64,000 bases of DNA, taken from positions 960,001 to 1,024,000 of the forward strand of contig OZ253564.1 in NCBI GenBank assembly GCA_965262915.1. The letters are read 5' to 3'. Below, piece by piece: positions 60,260-64,000 of the stretch. The position numbers and the translations under genes are program-made. The notes below the pieces were generated by a model that was not told the origin of the DNA, did not search any database, and saw only the letters and a list, made by a program, of their open reading frames with translations. The DNA is from Candidatus Spongiisociaceae bacterium. GTDB lineage: Bacteria > Actinomycetota > Acidimicrobiia > Spongiisociales > Spongiisociaceae. Positions within the stretch are counted from its first letter, which is position 1. The number at the start of each line of letters is the position of its first letter.

Positions 60260-60366
60260 TCGCAAGCGGGTGACCCTCGACCACTTTCCTGCCAACCTCG
60301 TAACCGAGTAGTCGACCTAGCAGGGGCGGTCGTTCTTGATCGCAGCCACCCGAAGGCGGGGCTCCC

Positions 60367-60783
60367 TTACGTATAGACGGTGAAGGCCCGGCTCCGATTG
60401 GGGCCGAATCGGTAGATCGAAAAGTCCCGATCAAAGGCAATGGCGTCGCGTATGCCCAGGCGTTGCATCACCGACCAACTCGTCCGGTCGACGATGGAGA
60501 ACCGCTGATCGGGAGAGGCCTCTTGGATCTGGGCGGCGGCTTCGAGGTCGGCCAGAGTGGTAGATTCGATGCGGGCGATCCCCCGCCGGATGCTGTTCAG
60601 CAGAGTCTCGGCAATGCCCGAACCAAGCCGACACGAGGCGAGGTACCACGTTTCGATGAGCACGTGATCGCTGGTCAGTAGTTGGCCCGCGAGCTCCTCG
60701 ATGCGGGCCGCTGCTCTCATGTGGCTGGCGTCGTCGGTATCCGCCACTGCGTACCAGGCCGAGGAGTCGACGAAAGCCGTCAC
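60367..60783 (-). CDS. VapC-family PIN toxin
   Basis: FVDSSAW, ET, SIVD, FDRDF. Confidence 0.88.
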   Translation of the reverse strand: MTAFVDSSAWYAVADTDDASHMRAAARIEELAGQLLTSDHVLIETWYLASCRLGSGIAETLLNSIRRGIARIESTTLADLEAAAQIQEASPDQRFSIVDRTSWSVMQRLGIRDAIAFDRDFSIYRFGPNRSRAFTVYT

Positions 60784-60932
60784 CGTTTCGAGGGGTAGTC
60801 AGCAATCGCAGCTGCTACGGCGTCCTTACCTTCGCTCACGATGTCGCTCCCACCGGACCGGCCGATCCCGAATATCGAGGCCGGATCGGCCAGCGTGTCG
60901 TTCGGTCCCAGGTCGCGATCGACGAGTCGGCG
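60780..60932 (-). pseudogene. 5'-truncated RHH-type antitoxin remnant
   Basis: RRLVDRDL...SIFGIGRSGGSDI...* ends in a GTGA overlap with vapC; frame blocked by a CTAG at 60933-60936. Confidence 0.55.
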
Positions 60933-61044
60933 CTAGGTCTTACCGACCGCAAGTGCCGGCCGCGCTATGCACCGCCGGTGAATGGCCGCTGGTAGATTGC
61001 GCCTCAGCGTTCAAGGGAGATCGAGAATCCGTAGCAGCGTCAAA

Positions 61045-61263
61045 ATGCCGAAGCTTGGAGAGACCGTCGACGAGGTATTGGTCCTTGAGTGGGCTGTCTC
61101 GGTTGGGGACGTGGTGTCGGTGGGCGACACCCTGATGACTGTGGAGACCGACAAGGTCGAAGCCGACCTTCCCTCCCCGGTGGCGGGAACCGTGGTGGAA
61201 TTGCTGGTCGAGGTCGATGACGAGGTACGGGTAGGCGCCCCGGTCTGCACCATCGAGACCTGA
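61045..61263 (+). CDS. Stand-alone lipoyl-carrier domain
   Basis: MPKLGET..W..GD.V..VETDKV..SPVAG; start uncertain. Confidence 0.85.
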   Translation: MPKLGETVDEVLVLEWAVSVGDVVSVGDTLMTVETDKVEADLPSPVAGTVVELLVEVDDEVRVGAPVCTIET

Positions 61264-61313
61264 GACAGTAGCCTATGGGGAAAACCCCATACGACTGGTG
61301 GAGGTGTTCAGAG

Positions 61314-61601
61314 GTGGTCCGCAGCTACGAAGACGTCACAGCGGAACGCCGAGCACGGCTCGGCTCCGACGCAGAGTCACAACGCTCCGTGCTCGAGCAG
61401 GCGTACGAGATTGCCATGCAGGTTGTGGAGTTACGTGAGCAGCGCAGCCTCACCCAGGTCCAGCTGGCGGAGCTTTGCGGGATGGATCAGGGCGACATCA
61501 GCAGGATTGAGCGCGGCTCCACCAATCCGACTGCGCGTACCCTCCTGCGCATCGCCGAGGCGTTAGACGCCGATCTCCGGCTGGTGGCCCGAGCGTCCTG
61601 A
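61314..61601 (+). CDS. XRE-family HTH protein (HigA-like antitoxin)
   Basis: LREQRSLTQVQLAELCGMDQGDISRIERG..NPT. Confidence 0.85.
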   Translation: MVRSYEDVTAERRARLGSDAESQRSVLEQAYEIAMQVVELREQRSLTQVQLAELCGMDQGDISRIERGSTNPTARTLLRIAEALDADLRLVARAS

Positions 61602-62101
61602 CCGCCTGGCCATGCTGCTCCCAGCGCCAGGGTGGTGGAAACCGGGTGGAGCCGTCCAACCTCTTGGACGCCAACCTATCGCCTCCCAGATAACTGAGCG
61701 GTCAAGACTTCGCTCTTCGAGTGGTAGGACGCTGATCGTGTCCGTTCCAGCCGTAGTGGCGGTCGCCACCGATATGGTCGAGAGGTCTTTGCAGGAGCAA
61801 GGTTGTCGATGGCCCGCGCACATTACGTCTGCGGCAGACAGCGATACGAGCTACCCAGGACAGATCGAGCAGGGATACCCCGAGGCCCGAGCGGGACTTG
61901 TCGCCACAGAACCCTGAAGCTATCACAGGGTGCCGTCGTTTCTCCCGCTTCAAGGCAAGACCCACGAGGCGATCTCATCGTCGACAGGTGCCCCTGACTT
62001 GTCATCCTTCGTTGAAGGCTTGGTGTATTCACTGCTCGATCTGGATGTAGTCCTGTCGGCAACCCGAACTAATGTCACACCCGGCCTATACAGTCTTCGA
62101 G

Positions 62102-63668
62102 ATGAGCATCATGACCGCGGGTCAGAATCCGAGCAGCCTTGGCTCCGCGCGCGGCCGGTGGCGGCTGCACAGAGCCGGCATCGTCAACGTGTACCAGTAC
62201 GAGGACGAGGTCTTGCACTTCGGTGGGGGCCGCCTGCTCCTGCGCGGCGTGAACGGTTCGGGCAAGTCAACGGCGATGAACATGCTGCTGCCGTTCCTCC
62301 TCACCACCCGCCAGGCCCGCATCGACGCGGCCGGTGAACAAAGAGGCATCCTCAAGTCGTGGATGCTGAACGGACGCGACGACGCCCAACCCGTTGGCTA
62401 CCTGTGGATCGAATTCGAGCGAGCGGGTCGGTTCCTCGTGTGCGGTTGCGGCATCAAAGCCAACCGGCAGTCCGACACCGTAAGAACCTGGTGGTTCGTC
62501 ACAGAGAAGCGACCGGGCATCGACTTCCCGCTGGTCGAGCGAGGCGGCGTACCGCTGTCGGCTACCCGGCTACGAGCGATCCTCGAGCCTGACGAAGTGT
62601 TCGGCGAGCGCCGTCGCAAGGACTATCGGCGGGTGATCGAACAGCGTCTATTCGGCGGGGCATCGATAAGCCAGCATATACGGTTGATCGACCGGGTACG
62701 CACGCCGCGTGTCGGCGACCGGATCGACGTTGACCTCCCCGCCTACCTCGTCGCTGCTTTACCGCAGCTCTCGGAACAGGCACTCGTGGAGGCGGCATCT
62801 CCGCTCGACGACCTTGAGGAGCACCGGCGGAACGTAGCCGAGTTGGAGAAGACCTCCGTGGCGATACGCGGCCTTCTCGATGTCTATCGCTCGTACTGTC
62901 TGACCGAGCTCCGCCGGTGGGTGACAACCGGGCGCGACCACCTCGATGCCCTCCGCCGGTGTGCCCGCGACGAGAAGGCGACGCATCGTGCCGCCGAGGA
63001 GGCCGCGTCCGAGGTCGAGCGACTCGACAGACTGATCGGCGGCCTTGAGGACGACACGCGGCGCCTCCGCAGCGAGATCGCCGCCCTCGAGGAATCCCGG
63101 GTGTACCGCTCGGGCCAGGAACTCGATGCGCTGCGCGATCTGGTCAGCCATCTCGCCGACCAGCATGAGAGCTCTCTCAGTCGGGTCGCCGGCTGCCGAC
63201 AGCGAGTGGAGACCGAGGCTCAACAGTTGCGCCAGGCACAGAGTCGCAGCCGCGCCGACCTGGGCCAACTCAACGAGAGCCTGGCGAAGGTGTTCGAGTG
63301 GAGCGACCGCACCAGGGTCGGCAGGCGACCGCTCGGGCCGGTTGACGTGCCCGAGTCCGAGCTGGCCGGTATCGCGGCCTCCCAACCAACCGGCGAGTTC
63401 CACACAGCGGATCTGACTCGGCGAATAGCTGCGATGGATGGAGCCATCCTCCGGCGGCAGGCGGATATCGATGACGTGGAATCGGCCCGAGACGACTTCG
63501 ACACAGCAGAACGGCGCCTCGGTAGGGTTGAGTCAGAGCGCAACGCGGCGGAGTCAGTGGCCCGGCGCGCCGCGGAGCGACGGGACGAACGTACCTGTCG
63601 TCTCGCAGCGGTGCGGTGGGAATGGGCTGGCAGTACCCGGTTCTGGGCGCTAGAGGTCCGTCCCCTAG
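62102..63668 (+). pseudogene. TIGR02680-like SMC/SbcC-type ATPase, truncated by IS1380
   Basis: RWRLHRAGIVN..Y..GRLLLRGVNGSGKS, GYLWIEF, coiled coil; no C-terminal Walker B before the IS end. Confidence 0.78.
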
Positions 63669-64000
63669 CCCCAATTCTTCACGTGTTGGGGGGTTAGGGG
63701 GGTGAGCTGGTTGGGGGTGGGTTAGCCGGCTTGGTTGTTGGCGGGTTGGCCGGTTCTGGGGGTGTTGGGGTGGGTTGGAGGGGGGTGGGGTTGGTGTTCA
63801 GGGCGTGTTCGGGGCGTGGTGGGGTTGAGGTGTCGGGGGTGTGCGGGTGCGGGGGTGGGTTAGATGGTGTGGATTTGTTGGTGGGTGGTTGCGATGAGGG
63901 TGGCGGTGGGCCAGGTGGCTGGTATTCGGAGGGTGGTTTGTCGGCTGTGGCGGGTGATGATGCCTGGTATGTGCCATAGGTTCGGGCGCAGTGTTTTCGG
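63669..64000 (-). mobile_element. IS1380-family element, right end (partial)
   Basis: Minus-strand 63860-64000 encodes PKTLRPNLWHIPGIITRHSRQTTLRIPATWP...*; C-rich tail; end CCCCAATTCTTCAC next to CTAG at 63665-63668. Confidence 0.75.

Noticed and set aside
61612-62070. Short ORFs upstream of the SMC-like gene as missing partner genes
   Set aside because: They are too short and show no resemblance to TIGR02677/02678 that I can support.
63731-63979. Gly-rich + strand ORF
   Set aside because: It is the antisense of the C-rich IS1380 tail.

Overview
High-GC bacterial chromosomal DNA. The Thr/Ala/Pro-linker lipoproteins, IS types and gene content suggest Actinomycetota, possibly Acidimicrobiia (inference). 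It is mostly accessory catabolic islands, broken up by IS elements and many frameshifts or deletions. From left to right: (1) a stack of IS630, an IS3/IS6110-like end and an IS110 element; (2) a peptide-type ABC transporter with a dehydrogenase/aldolase operon; (3) a molybdoenzyme (CoxMSL-like) and a large N-heterocycle cluster (M20, alpha/beta hydrolase, dihydroorotase-like, LLM, MFS, aminotransferase, ThiXYZ-like ABC, deaminase, TenA, DUF1989, cupin); (4) a decayed corrinoid methyltransferase module bracketed by two ~115-bp MITE-like hairpins; (5) a dead IS5 and a cupredoxin/Cys-His lipoprotein; (6) PIN/TA genes, two SLC13 transporters and two AAA+/wHTH ATPases, each preceded by its own tandem direct repeat; (7) 2-oxoacid dehydrogenase E1 genes; (8) a TIGR02680-like SMC gene truncated by IS1380. 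The strongest signal is the IS110 element. Its left non-coding end can be read by eye as a bridge RNA whose four guides match both junctions. The reconstructed empty target is a 28-bp IS6110-like terminal inverted repeat, and the recombinase carries an extra C-terminal XRE-type HTH. No rRNA, tRNA or CRISPR array was seen. All family calls come from recognising motifs by eye; no database search was run.
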